Assembly: GCA_905178155.1 (NCBI GenBank) | Contig: CAJINV010000006.1 | Coordinates: 1,365,876-1,429,875 of the forward strand | Source: Amoebophrya sp. A120 | Lineage: Eukaryota > Protista > Dinoflagellata | DNA length: 64,000 bases | Reading direction: 5' to 3' | Shown here: one piece after another, positions 49,955-62,448 of the stretch | Layout of the letters: each line of letters begins with the position of its first letter | Position numbering within the stretch: the stretch's first letter is position 1 | Notes under the pieces: generated by a model | What the model was told of the DNA's origin: nothing | What the model saw: the letters and a program-made list of their open reading frames with translations, nothing else | Database searches by the model: none | Translations under genes and position numbers: made by a program

Positions 49955-51680
49955 TGTACCTGGGTTCTTCATCATCTTCTCATCCTGCCGAACAGCCTGG
50001 GCAGCGTGAGATGTTCGCAGCGCAGGATGAGCGTTGGATTGTTCCAGGTGGGTACACAGGCACCGTCCCCGCTGTTCCTATTTAGAGCAGATATCCCCCT
50101 CCTGTGCCTGCCTCTTCTTATAGCGTGAAAAAGCGTCGCGATTTGTGTAGTACTACTTCGCAAGGACACCAGAGCGCATAGATATTTGCTCTTTGCATTG
50201 TGCATACCGATCCACCATGATGTTGTTTTTGGACTGCTAGGACTACTTTCGCTCGCCTACAGGAGAGGATTTGCATTGCTGTTTGGGCCACTACAGCAGA
50301 ACGGAATATGAAAGAACGCCTAGGATTCTACGGCACTGGTGCCCGCTTTTGAGTAGGCTCAGTATCCGCCCAAAATTCTGCTCACGTGGATACTCTTACC
50401 TTGTTGCAGTAAGTCAAAACGATGCGCGTACTAAACTACGCAAAAGGCGCTGCACAAACTTAAGTATAAGTTTCGTGAGTGTTGTACGGGGCAGGGGTGG
50501 GGATTTTCATTTTGATAAGCCCTGGGGATCACCACGACTCGTCGGATTTCACCGTGCGTCGTCGCATGGTCAAGGTCAAGGTCCAGCTCGCAGCCGGTAC
50601 CAAGGTGCGGATGGTGATAGGCGAAAATGGTCGTTATCCGCAATATGGAAAATCAAAAAGACAATTCAAATTGGTGCAATTGGACAAGCCACAGCAGTAT
50701 GAAATTGAAGGGGGAGCAGGCTTTATGTCAACATCGCGCTTGTGGTTGCCTCGATCTGCCATTGCACGGGAGAAGCCTGGTGCGCCGATGCCGGATGCCC
50801 CGGGTTCTTCATCTTCTCATCCTGCAGAGAAGCCGGTTGCGCGCCGCTCGGACGAGAAGAGGAGCGCCGGCGGCCATGCTGCTCTCGCCGACCCGGACGA
50901 ACGGCGGATTCGTCCAGGTGGGTTCCAAGGCTTCGCCATGGCTGTTCCTATTTACAGCAAATATAATCCCCATGCCCATGCGCCTGCCTCTTCTTTATCG
51001 TTTGTTAGAGAGCGTCGCGATTTTTATTGTGTACTCCCTCGCAAAAACACGATAGCGCATATTTCTTTGCATTGTGGATAGCTATCTATACTGTGGACTG
51101 CTAGTAGGACTTTCGGGCGCCTACACCAGTGAGGAGGAGATTTGCATTGTTGTTTGGGCTACTACAGCAGAACGGAATATCAACAAAGAACGCCTAGGAT
51201 TCTACGGCATTGGTGCCCGCCGCTTTTCAGTAGGCTCAGTATCCGCCCAAAATAATACTGCTCACGTTGATGCTCTTGCCTTGTTGCAGCAATTTTACTA
51301 GCCGATGGGCGGCGTACTAAACTACGCAAACGGCGCGTCACAAACTTCACTTTCGTGAGTGTTGTACGGGGGGGCAGGGGTGGGGATTTTCATTTTGATA
51401 AGCCCAGAGGATCACCACAACGAGGACCAACACGACTCGTCGGATGTCCGCTCGCAGCATACGAGGGTCAAGGTCGAGCTCGCAGAGGGTACCAAGGTGC
51501 GGATGGTGGGAGATCAACATGGTCATTTTCCGCAAACTGGTGATTGTCGCGGTGGTTCTCGCAGACGCGAGCGTGATTGGTTGACATTGGTACAATTGGA
51601 CCAGCCACAGCGGTATGAAAATGCTACTGGGGGAGGCTGGATGTCAACATCGCGCTTGTGGCTGCGTGAATCTGCTTTCT
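49955..51680 (+). repeat. Two diverged tandem copies (~850 bp) of a unit encoding VKV.LA.GTKVRMV...LVQLD.PQ.YE...MSTSRLWL
   Basis: DNA and peptide similarity between 49955-50795 and 50795-51680; exon structure unresolved. Confidence 0.65.
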
Positions 51681-52360
51681 CTTCGATGCCGGAAATCCCT
51701 TCGACGCCGGATGGTGAAGACTCACCAGGCGGGGCTGAAGTCCGCGAGGCATTGTTACGAGCAGAGCTGACGCGCCTCCGCAGCGAGCAAGTAAAATTCT
51801 ATGAATCTTCCGGCGAGGGGTGGATGCGCGGGTTGCCGGCACCTGATCCTAAAAGATGAAGACGATATAATTGCACTGCGCCTTCTCTTTATCACGTGCA
51901 AATATTATTCCCTCTGCGTCCACCTCTTCAGTCAAGAAACTTCAGTCAAGAGGATGAAGAGCAACATAATGGTGCAGGTGCAAGACCACCTTCCGTCTCG
52001 TCTTCTTCACCCAGCAACAGCATGCTGAAACAGGATCGAGTGTTAAAGAAAACAACGGACGATCAAGATGAAATAAATGCGGCGCCAAGAGAGGACTCCG
52101 CGGAGGAAGCGGCTGCGCGACCAGAAAGAACTCCTCGTCGCCGGTCCAAAAATCGAGGCAGTACCTCTAGCACCTCTTCATTCCTGCGCGGAGGTGGACA
52201 ACGCAGGAAAGAACCCACGAAAAAGTCGAAGGATAGTGTTGACAGCACAAACAGCGATGCGGAAACAGAAAAGCTACCAAAGAAGCGCAAAAAGAAAAGT
52301 AGTTTTCTCGCCGGTTCAACATCTTCACAAGAGGAAGAAGACTTGCACGAAAACCATGGC

Positions 52361-52530
52361 TATGCATTTCAAATATGTCTGGGTCTGGAAACTTGTGATG
52401 CTAATTTATGAATTGTGGGGACACTGCAATAGGCAGCCACGCATGACAAGTTTCTGGGCTCCTATGTGTTCCGCTTTCCGCATGACAAACTACATTTTTG
52501 CATGACAGGCAAGAGGGTCTTTTCCTGCTC
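52361..52530. mobile_element. Truncated F1 introner (left half only)
   Basis: Left TIR and internal motifs present, no right TIR; follows ORF 51896-52360. Confidence 0.65.
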
Positions 52531-54545
52531 ACGCATTCTTTGTGTTGGTTGCTTGTTCTGTTTGTTCTTCCCAATCTGTAATGCGCCCCGTCTTCTCTGC
52601 AATAAATTCTAATCATCGGTCCGTGTCGGTTTTGATTCTGTCATTCCTGTACCTCATTCTTTGGTATTCCTCTTTCGGTTCTTTCTTTCCCTGCTCTGCA
52701 TTCATGAGAGAGCTCGAGTTTTCGATTTTGACATCGGTTTTCTATTTTTCGAACTTCTATTTACCTTGCATTGTATCGTCCTCGATTTCTCGTAGCTGCA
52801 TTACAAATATTTTCTAGCTCATTCTCATCGATCTCGACGTCAGTCTCGGTTTTTTGTTTTATTTTTAGCATTTCAAATGATCCATAAAGTTAAAGCTATA
52901 ACATCGATCTCGACGCCATCGGTTTTTTGTTTGTTCCAGCATTACAAATGATCATTAGCTCGCATTTTTCGATCTCGACGTTCTTTGCTCGACATTATTG
53001 CTTAACTATAGGATTTGCTAGACCTACCATATCGATCATGCTCGATTTCAATCTCGATCTCGATCCTTGTATGTCGATATCGATCTCGTCTTTCGTGCCC
53101 CGAGTGAGTTTCACCTTGCCTTTTCCCTCCTATTCCCATTTTCCTTTCTTTAAGCACGTTGTTTTCGTGGTTTTATGGTCGGTGAACCGGTACCCCTGTC
53201 CGTCATAGCGGCGGTTGTAGTAAGAGAGCTGCACACGACGGAAAAATCTAGTCGTTCCGTTTCGTTTTCTCGGGTTCCACGTAGTGCTGGCCCGCAAGTT
53301 TCCGCTTCTCCTCGTTGTCGTCTAATTCTTCTTTGGTTATGTATTTCGAAACCTTTTGCAACGCCAACTGCCGCTTCTTCTCCGTTAAAAGCCGCTGGAT
53401 CTCTTCGTCCGTCGGCGTACATCAAATATTTTTATTCCCTCTGCGTCCACCTCTTCAGTCAGGAAACTTCGGGCGCGGAAGCGTGAATGACTGGCACAGA
53501 TAGAGCCTGCCGGAAGGTGAATAAATACGGTTCAGGATCAGGACGAGGCATTTTTATTTTTTTGCTGCAGCGAGTTACAGTTTGCTATTTCTTCGAGAAG
53601 CATTCCCTAAGTTGTACGAGTAACTATGCGAAGATCTTCTCTCAACGTCAGTTGCACTCCCCAATGTCTGGTAAAGAGACAGAAACATTCCCGGACGATA
53701 CATACTTTCTTTATTGAAAACATTGGTATATAATCGGAGAAGTAAGAGTAAGTAGAAACTACGTGCGCCTGAGGTCGGACATGTTGCTGCGCCAACATGA
53801 AAACCACTCTTGAGAAGTTGTACTAAATTCCTTCACAGGAGCGCGATTTCTGCTCGTCACATCTCCGATATGAAAACGAATGCACTGAAAACATTAACTC
53901 GCAACAGAACAAGAAGCTGCGAAGCTAAAGTGCTGAGTGGGCTGCACGCCGGGGACCAAAGTTGCTGCAGCTCGTGTTCCAATAGATGCGCTTTCGTTTA
54001 TTTCTAATATTCTTCGTTAGACCTATTGAAGCCACTACAACGTGTCGGTATCTAGTTCTTCAAGAAGGTTCCTCGTCAGTAGAACATATCTTCAGTAGAA
54101 GATGAAATCGCATTTGTTCGTGTGGCCCTCCTTCGTGAAGATTCTGAGGAACTGGTTTCTTGCAAAAAAATTTTCGGTCGTCCCAGGTGGGGGTTTCGTC
54201 TCGTAGGATATAGCTGCATGATCATCTATCAGCAGGAACTTTTACAATTACAATTAGTTAGACTTTTATGGGGTCGTCGTCCGTCTTCGTATCGTCGTGG
54301 TTGTTGGTTTTGGATTTGGATTGTCTCCGCCTCCAGCTCGCTGGAAGTGCGAGAATTTGGCACAAAATAGAACCTAAAGAAACTGTCTTTTTGTATAATT
54401 CCAATTTTCAAAGATACAAGAAATTGAATGGCGGTTTTTTTTTCGAAATTGTACTACAATTTTATATGCAATTACGAAAGACCATCACCGGAAAATTAAG
54501 AAGCACCTACTGCAGTTGTAGTTGTTATTCGTGATTTCTTCAAAA

Positions 54546-57413
54546 ATGAACGGCGCCATCGATAGCCATTGGATGGACTCCTTGCAAAACAACGTCGAAG
54601 AGCTTTACGAAACTGGTTTGACAGCGTTCGCGCGCCAATTCGCAGGAGGCAGTGACGATGATGTTGTTGATGGGAAACAAGAAAGGCGGTTGTATACTGG
54701 TGGAAGTGCCAGCACGACCTCCGAGCGGCTGCATGAGAGGAAACAAGAAGAACGGGGCGGAGGTATTATACCGGAGGGAGGCGGGGGAGGAAGAACCTCG
54801 CCCACCACAAAGATCCGCCCGGCGAGCTTCTACTACGTGAACGAAGAGGATGAGGATGAGTCTTTCAACGCAGAGATTGGAGAGGACGAGCAGCTAGGTG
54901 GGGAGAAAAACAAAAACAGCCGCGCAACTACAAGAAATCGTGAACATCATCATGCTGGTGCAGCTTCTTATCAAGCGCGTCGTGGCGCTGCAAATGGTGC
55001 GAACCAGCTTCTCCACCAGGTGAGCACCTCGGTGCACCAAAACTTCAAGTACGCGAGAAAAAATTTCAAGAGATTCGAGCACAACCACGTGCCCAACCTG
55101 CGGCCCGTGGTGAGTAGGCTGTGGACGGAAAATTTCTATGAACTGCAAAAGTATCGTACTCGTATAATGGCATTACAAATTTTCCCAGTATGAGAAATAA
55201 AATTTGTAATGCTGATTTACCTCAACAAAAAGATTTGTAATGCATGATTGCAATAGATACGAGTACGATACTTTTGCACAGGATAATTTCTTGCCTGTGG
55301 TGCAGCAGCTTGGAGAGTTGGCGACGAATACTAGGGGTGGGCGAGGAAACGCGACCACGTATCCAGGAAAAAAACTGTGTAAGTGTAAGTTTCTTGGAGG
55401 AATAGCATCACAAGTTTGCTCTGCATGACACAGAAAACCTGTCATGCGTACCTAGTACGTGAAAACACGCACGAAAATTGCCTCTGATGCATGTCCAGCA
55501 TGACAAGTTTAACAGTTTTGCATTTTCTGCAACACAAAGTGACACTTACACAGTTTTTTTCTTTTGATACCACGACGGACGGCTCCAGTAGAAGTTGTAC
55601 TCCTGGTCGTACGCAGCCGCAGGTGCCGCACAAGAGCACAAGTACAAGAAACAAAAGCAACAATATTAAACACCCTCAAATTATGAATGGCGTTGTGCAA
55701 CAAGAAGCGGACGACTTTTCAAAGCACCAGAATGTTGATGTCTTCAACGCTGCTAGTTGTAGTTCTTCTAGTACTTCGCCATCAAAGATATTAGAGAGCA
55801 GCCCGGGAAGTCATCTGCAGCAGCTCTATGGCGCTCTCAAACGTTCTTACATTCTCAACTGTTACATGAATTTGCGATGCAAGAGCCTTAACAGTCACAG
55901 GTGCAAGCTTGCTGCTATCGCATCACAGATTTGGCACGGACTTAGATTCTGTGTAGCTCTTCGGAGATTAGTCACGCGAAGCAGCTTGATCATCTACCGG
56001 TGCCGGCTCAAGGTCGTACTTTTGCACGACAAATTCATGCAAGAACTACAGTTGAGAGTGTAACGCTTGACCACGCCACAACCTCCCCACCTTCCGTATA
56101 GACCCTGGGGAAATTCCGATGCAGATGGAGAATTTTCGGGGTTTCGAGGTGCCCACCTTCCTTTCGAGCACAAGAACAACGAGTAGCAGAAAGCGGAACG
56201 AGAGGGCGCAAGATAACTTTCATTTCGATTTCAGCACAACCAGGAATGAAAATGAAATATTAAACTACGCAAGAACTAGAACTACTACTTCTACTGCTCC
56301 GCAGCACTATGTTTCGTCTCCGCAGGTGGCACACGACGGTGGGTTCGTGCACGACGAGCAGCACCTTGTGGCCCTACAGCACGATCGACGCGAGGCTGCT
56401 GGTTGTGGTCCACCTGGTGCGCAGTTGTTTTCGCGCACGAGTAAGGGAAGCAGCATTTTCTTGCGAGAGCAGGATCTAGATCAGGATATTGCAGCACACG
56501 AGGAGCGGCAGTTGCGGGGGACGATGTTGACATCAGCAAGAATGTCAAAGGATTACGAGATAAATCCGTTGTTCTCGCGGACCAGCTATGCATTGCAAAA
56601 GTATCGTACTAGTACTATAAATCGCATGACAAATTAGCCCAGCATGACAAACGGAATTTGTCATGCTGATTTGGCTTGGAAGCGAGATTTGTAATGCATG
56701 ACTGCGATTAGTACGACTACGAGTACGATACTTTTGCACAGGATACGAGCAAGGGAAGCTCGCTCGCGGAGGAGGTCCAAGAACTGTACAGCTACACGAG
56801 GACGTATGGGAGTGTCAGGTTTGAAATCGACAAAGTTGAAATAAAACTTGTAATGCATAAAATCGATAGCAGTTGGAAGCTGAATTTTCAATCGGCGCAT
56901 GACAAATTTGGGCCACGTCTAAATCCAGTTTGTCATGCTGTTTTGGGACAGAAGGCGTCTTTTGTCGTGCTACTTCAGCAGCTCTACCGCAGACCCCAAA
57001 CAGGCTGACAGTCGGCCTCACTTGCCGTCCCTGCAAGAGAGGCGCTTCATGCCTTGCAATTTTTGCATGACAAATTATTTCGGTGCCAGCCCTTACAGGT
57101 TGTGTAGTGGTTTCGGCAGGTTTAGCATGAGAAATTATTTCAACTTTGACGATTTCAATCCTGACGCCTCCATAGGACGTCGGGGGCTGGAGCCGCAGAC
57201 GGAGAGAACCCAAGTCTTGGTGCGCCGCCGATTCACTTCAACATCGCTTCTTCGGTCGACGAAGAAGTCGTGTGCAACCACGAGCAAAAAGAAAAACCGA
57301 AAAGACTTGGCCGTCCGGCCGCGGAAGTTGATGCTGAGGCTGTTGTAGATCTTGGCGGTGAAGAACAAGAATCTTCCAGTAAAGATTCCTCCTGGTTGAA
57401 ATTGAAAATGTAA
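54546..57413 (+). CDS. Unknown ~566-aa low-complexity protein; 5 introners
   Basis: 1701 nt of open frame after removing the elements plus DR. Confidence 0.72.
55137..55285. mobile_element. Introner F2 (reverse orientation)
   Basis: TIR; DR ATTTC/ATTTC. Confidence 0.9.
55360..55569. mobile_element. Introner F4-like
   Basis: TIR; DR CCACG/CCACG. Confidence 0.9.
55827..56080. mobile_element. Introner F8
   Basis: TIR; DR AGCTC/ACCTC; right end CACA. Confidence 0.85.
56587..56745. mobile_element. Introner F2 (reverse orientation)
   Basis: TIR; DR CCAGC/CGAGC. Confidence 0.9.
56805..57174. mobile_element. Introner F7
   Basis: TIR; DR GGACG/GGACG. Confidence 0.9.
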
Positions 57414-58640
57414 GTTAAAGTTTGAATCAAAAGATTTTTCCAGATTCCTGATCCGAAAGAGAAGAGGTAGAGGAACAGCAGCTCTTTTGGATTGCCTAGT
57501 TGAACTACTTTCTTGGTTCGCGGCTCTGCGAAGTTGTTCTTGCAACACCTCCACCACGCGGAGAAAAAACAAAAAGTAAAACAGAAAATAATGCAAACCT
57601 CTGCAGCTGCAAGTAGATGTAGAACTTGTTCATGCGCAAAGTAGTAGCTAGCCATGTTAGATTCAAATGAGCCCGTTGTGGTGCTCGTGCCCCTAGCCCT
57701 AGCTTCAATGATTTTTCTTTTGTACCACCTGCTTGCTAAAAACGCTAAGTAATACGCTTTAGCATACGTTTTTGTTCGACACGGCCGGTGTGAAGATTTT
57801 TTCATCTAAAAAAACGCAGATCATCCATCTTCGCACTATAGTCCACCTGATTTTCATGATGAACGACCAGGATCCCTTGCTACTCCTGCTCCCAAAATTA
57901 TCGTATGGACTAAGAAAGCAACGCCGATCCAGTTCAAGTTCAAGTTCAAGACTCGGTAAAAAAAATGTGAAGATCCCGAGGAGTGAATAAGCATTTAGCC
58001 ATCCTGTGAACAACAACTCCTAAGTACTCTATCGCGTCGTGCAAGCTCCGGATGAAGATTCGGTGCTAGTTGTATCTGTAGGTGTAGTGCATGGTTACAA
58101 GAAAAAAAAAAATGTGAAAGTAGATCCACTCCAGAGAGGACGAAAAAGATCCAGAGCAAATCAAAATTGCGAAAAAGAAGAGCATCTCCAATAAGCGGAT
58201 CAAAAGTCGCGAAGATACTATCAAAAGTTGTCGGTTGCACCGGTTAGAATTTATTTTGAGCTAAAACGCATCTTATTGCTATGCTCCGCTTACATTTGAG
58301 ATAGCAGAAGCATCCTCTTCCTCTTGGAACCAGCAGCAGTTCCTCTTTAGGAAAATCTATAAACAACTCGCAACCCACTTCTCTGGTCTGCTAAAACTTT
58401 CCACCTCTACAACAACTTCTCCTTCTGTTACATGTGCTTTTGAGTACAAACAACATCTATACAAAACAATCCTCGCAAGCATCAGCTAAACGTAAAAGTA
58501 GACGTATAATACTTGTTCATACTTGTTCTTACCTGCTGTTTTTTTGTTTGAGCCTATATTCTCTCTACTCGATCGGTCGAGCTTCTAGCTAAGGACGAAT
58601 TAGTTGGAGAAGTGTTTGTTCTCGATACTGCTATTGAAAA

Positions 58641-61556
58641 ATGACTTTTGCAAAGTCTCTCGTCGCTGGGGCTGCTAGCCTCGTAATGCAGCGCGCATTG
58701 CTTCTCGTTGCCATGGATAATTATGTTGCTAGTCCGGCTGGTGCTGGGCTGATTGTCCCGGCGCACGCGGCTCTCGTTGGCGGCCGGAGTGCTGGAAGAA
58801 AGCTCACAAATCGGGCTATGTCACGGGCCGAGGTATCCGCAAGTTCTGGATCTCCGCCGGCCCAGGTAGTGCCGGACACGAGCACCACCAGCTTTCGTTC
58901 CCTAAACGCACTGAATCGACGAGATGCCCCTGGAGCAAGCAAATCGTCCGGGTTGGTGCGTCGATCTCCGCTGGGAAGCGCCTCGGCGCCCGGCCGCGCT
59001 CGTCAAAGTACCATTATGGGCGGAGCACGTGGTAGTTTTTTACCACCTATTAAAGAAGATGATTTGTACGAGGACCAACTCGACACTAGTCCCTTCGCAG
59101 GAGGTCCGGGAACAACCGTCGAGGAGGAGTATGGATTGCAAATATGTCTGGGTCTGGATGGATGCGCGATTTGTCATGCAGCTTTTCCGTGCCCCATGGG
59201 GTCTGGAATGCAGGACCTAGCATGACAGAGTCTGCGAGGTCTCTGCCATGCCTATCCCGCATGAGAAACTTCCTCCCAACTTGGTCGAAAGTGGACAGCT
59301 TTTGGCACTCATGCAACACAGATTTTTGCATTATTCGGATTTAGCATGACAAGTTTTAATCTACTTCCAGACCCAGACACTTTTGCACTTGATAAGGAGC
59401 GTCCTGTTGCAACTCGTCCGGGACGAGAGGATTATATCGGAGCTGCTCGGGGGCCCCTATCAAATGCAAATATCGATCTGGGTCTGGAAGGATCCAAGGT
59501 TTCTTGTCATGCACATTTTGCATGACTCCTGATCGATCTGTGATGCATGCCCTAGCATCACAGATCATTTTATGAGGGCTTCCTGGTGATGCCTATAGAT
59601 TTAGATACCGCGTAACAAATTCCCTTTCCGTGTAGCAAAAATTGCACTCTCTTTGCTGCTCATGCAATGCAGATTTTTTTAGAATCCAAATGCAGCATCA
59701 CAAGTTCCAACTTTCCAGACGCAGACATTTTTGCAATCCATAGCCCCCTTGCCCCAGCAACTCCTCGGCTCCTTCTTCTACAACGGGAAGCCAATCGCCC
59801 GGGCTGTTGATGCCTCGATCTTCTCCGCCGGGGGCCCAGGTGCAGCCGGGGGCCCCGAGCACCAGTGCCGCGTCGTCCGACCGCGGGGCAAAATCCCCCC
59901 AGTTCCTCCGCAACCAAGACTTGCTCAAGGGCCACCTCCCCAGCCAAGACTTGGAACAGGCTCGGCAAATCTTGGTTGAGTGTCGGGAACTATCGCGGGA
60001 AAATCAATTGCATTTGCAATTCCGCCCTCAAGACTTGGTCGAGCTTCGGGAAATCTTGGTCAAGAAAAGGGAATCAATTCCCCAAGAAGATTATCAAATG
60101 CAAAAATGTCTGGGTCTGGAAACTTGTGATGCTGGGTGTCGTCTCATGATGAGGCCACAAATGCTGGCTCGGCATGACAAGTCTCTCAGCTTCTAGGTGT
60201 TGCCTATCCTGCATGACAAACTGCGTTTCTGCATCGCAGAAAAATGGAGCTCTTGGGTAACGTGCATGACAGATTTGAGAGTCATCATGCCAGACAAGCA
60301 TGACAAACATGCACTCTTCCAGACCCAGACATTTTTACATTTGATAAAGATTCTCAGCCGGCGCAGATATTCCGTGTAAAAACGTTCCCACGACCTCCCT
60401 AGAGTCAAGATGGGACGAAGAAAGCTGCTACGTACACAAATCAACAAGATGAAGATTTGCATTTGGCTTTTGCACGTAACAAGTTGGATGGGCTCGCAGT
60501 GTAGTAATGCTCGATTTATTAGCTGGTACTACAGCAGTTGCAGTATCGCAAAAAACCTCTTTCGAGCATCGCAAATTTTTCCAAAACAGGACTTAGAAAA
60601 TGCTTCTCATGGGGCCCCGCATGAGAAACGTTTTCAGCACGCAGCTTCGCATGACAACTCTGGTGATGTGGGAACGTTTTTCCTCTTGATAGCAGATGGT
60701 TGACCTACCGGAACGTCCTCCCTTCCGTTTCCCCGGTGAGGGCGACAATGTGGGCAAGAACGCCATTTTATCCTCAGCAAAAAAGTCTTCACTTCATAGC
60801 CAAGATGGGAAATCTGCTAGACAAATCAGCCAGGTCTGGTTGTTGCGCGTGACAGGTTTGGTCTCGTAGTGTAGTCCTCTTTAGCTTGTTCAGCGGCGTC
60901 ACAGATCCAGCACATTATGCTGGTTGGAGCGCTGCAAATCCAAACTCCAAAGCACCACCACAAGAAAATACGTCTCATGGGACTCCGCATAAGAAAGATT
61001 TTGAGCACGCAAAATTGCATGACAGCTATGGGATGGGGACGTTTTTACATAGGATACATTTGCGGCAGTCGTGCAAAAGCACTTATCGCTCCAAAGGAAC
61101 CAAAGCATCCAAAAGGGATAAAGGCCCCGATGGATATCGGCTACTTGGGAACGCTCAATGGTAGCACGGTTTCCCTTGCCTACCAAAAACAAGGAGCTGT
61201 ATGCATTGCAAATATCTCTGGATCATGTCTGGAAGGATGCAAACTTGTGTATGCAGATTCTGGAACAGGCAAAAATCTGTGTTACACGGTCAGTAAAAGG
61301 CGGGCGATTTTTGTCTCAGGGCGAGAGTATTTCTCGATCTCCATCTCGTGCAGTAGAGAACTACGCACCATGAAAAAGCCTCCTGCCATGACTTTGTCAT
61401 GCTCTGCGGGCACTCCAGGTGGCCTCTTTGCAGATGCAAAAGCTGCGTGACATCTCTCCCAGACGACCCAGAGGACATGTTTGCATTTGATAACATGTCC
61501 CGGTCACCAACTGGTTTGCACGGGGGCGCCCTGCCAATATCTTTCGACGTGACTGA
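58641..61556 (+). CDS. Unknown ~391-aa protein with hydrophobic N-terminus; 6 introners
   Basis: 1176 nt of open frame after removing the elements plus DR. Confidence 0.68.
59130..59394. mobile_element. Introner F1
   Basis: TIR; DR AGGAG/AGGAG. Confidence 0.9.
59458..59742. mobile_element. Introner F1
   Basis: TIR; DR GCCCC/GCCCC. Confidence 0.9.
60092..60346. mobile_element. Introner F1
   Basis: TIR; DR AAGAT/AAGAT. Confidence 0.9.
60368..60691. mobile_element. Introner F3
   Basis: TIR; DR GCAGA/GCAGA. Confidence 0.88.
60769..61056. mobile_element. Introner F3
   Basis: TIR; DR CATTT/CATTT. Confidence 0.88.
61200..61492. mobile_element. Introner F1 (diverged)
   Basis: TIR; DR AGCTG/ACATG. 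Confidence 0.78.
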
Positions 61557-62448
61557 CATCTGCAGTAGATGGTCGGGCTCTGGACGTGTAAGTAGAAAGT
61601 ACCACGGCTGCAGTGCTGGTGCAACGCCTGCTAGGGAGAAGAAAGAACGAAGAAATAAGTACAAATAGTATACACAAAGTAAGTATTTTTTATCCGGGCA
61701 AGAACCGGCGGGGCGCGGCGCAGACGAAGAAAGTTTCTTCGTTGGCTGCACTTGTAGTGAATTTCAATGATTTTATCATATGGTCTTTATGCCGCTTGAT
61801 CTTGATGATGTTTGATCGGACCGCCGATAAACAGACTTGTGTCTGGGTGGATTGGATTTCTTTTTGTGCCAGTAGCCAGACAAACGCAATTGGAATTAAA
61901 AGAAAAAGAACAACAGAAGTAGCCGTACTATCTCTAGTTGTACGATCATTACTTGAAAGAATTACTTCGATTTGCTGCAGCGCGCTTCCGCGAAGATCCG
62001 GTCGTTTCTTGAGCGGTGGGCCAGCCTGCATCTGCTGTTTTGCTTCCTGATCATGAAGAAGAAAGTTTCTTCACAACAACTACTTACCTGTAGAAGTTTT
62101 AAACTATTAAATGAGATAAATTTCACAACCAGCACGTGTTGTGCGTATTTGTAGTGGAAGAAGAGAAACTGAAACTACGCTTACTTAATGACTCTTCTAG
62201 CGTTCCGCTTCCGCCATGAAAAATCGCATTGCGTATGCTGGTAGATGTAGAAGGAAATTTTTTGTATTTCAGTTCTCTTCCACATCTACAGTGTGCGGAC
62301 TGTCTGGGATTGGAACTGATCCTCATCCCGGACTACTTAATAGAAGATTTTTTGAAATTGGCACAGAAGTACCTACTAGAAGAATTTTTGAAATTAGAAG
62401 TGTGCTTAGTTGGCACAGAAGTACCTACTAGGAAGGTCACGTCATTTT

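Noticed and set aside
51903-53470. ~40-bp repeat TATTCCCTCTGCGTCCACCTCTTCAGTCA at ~51906 and ~53434 as element ends
   Set aside because: The enclosed sequence has no coding hallmark of a mobile element, so I cannot support a call beyond local duplication.
501-60379. Many short ORFs sharing peptides such as FQTQTFLHLI, KCKNVWVWK and YPVQKYRTR
   Set aside because: These are translations of introner TIRs, not a protein family.
62340-62432. Short duplication TTGGCACAGAAGTACCTACTAG
   Set aside because: Two copies only, with no further structure.
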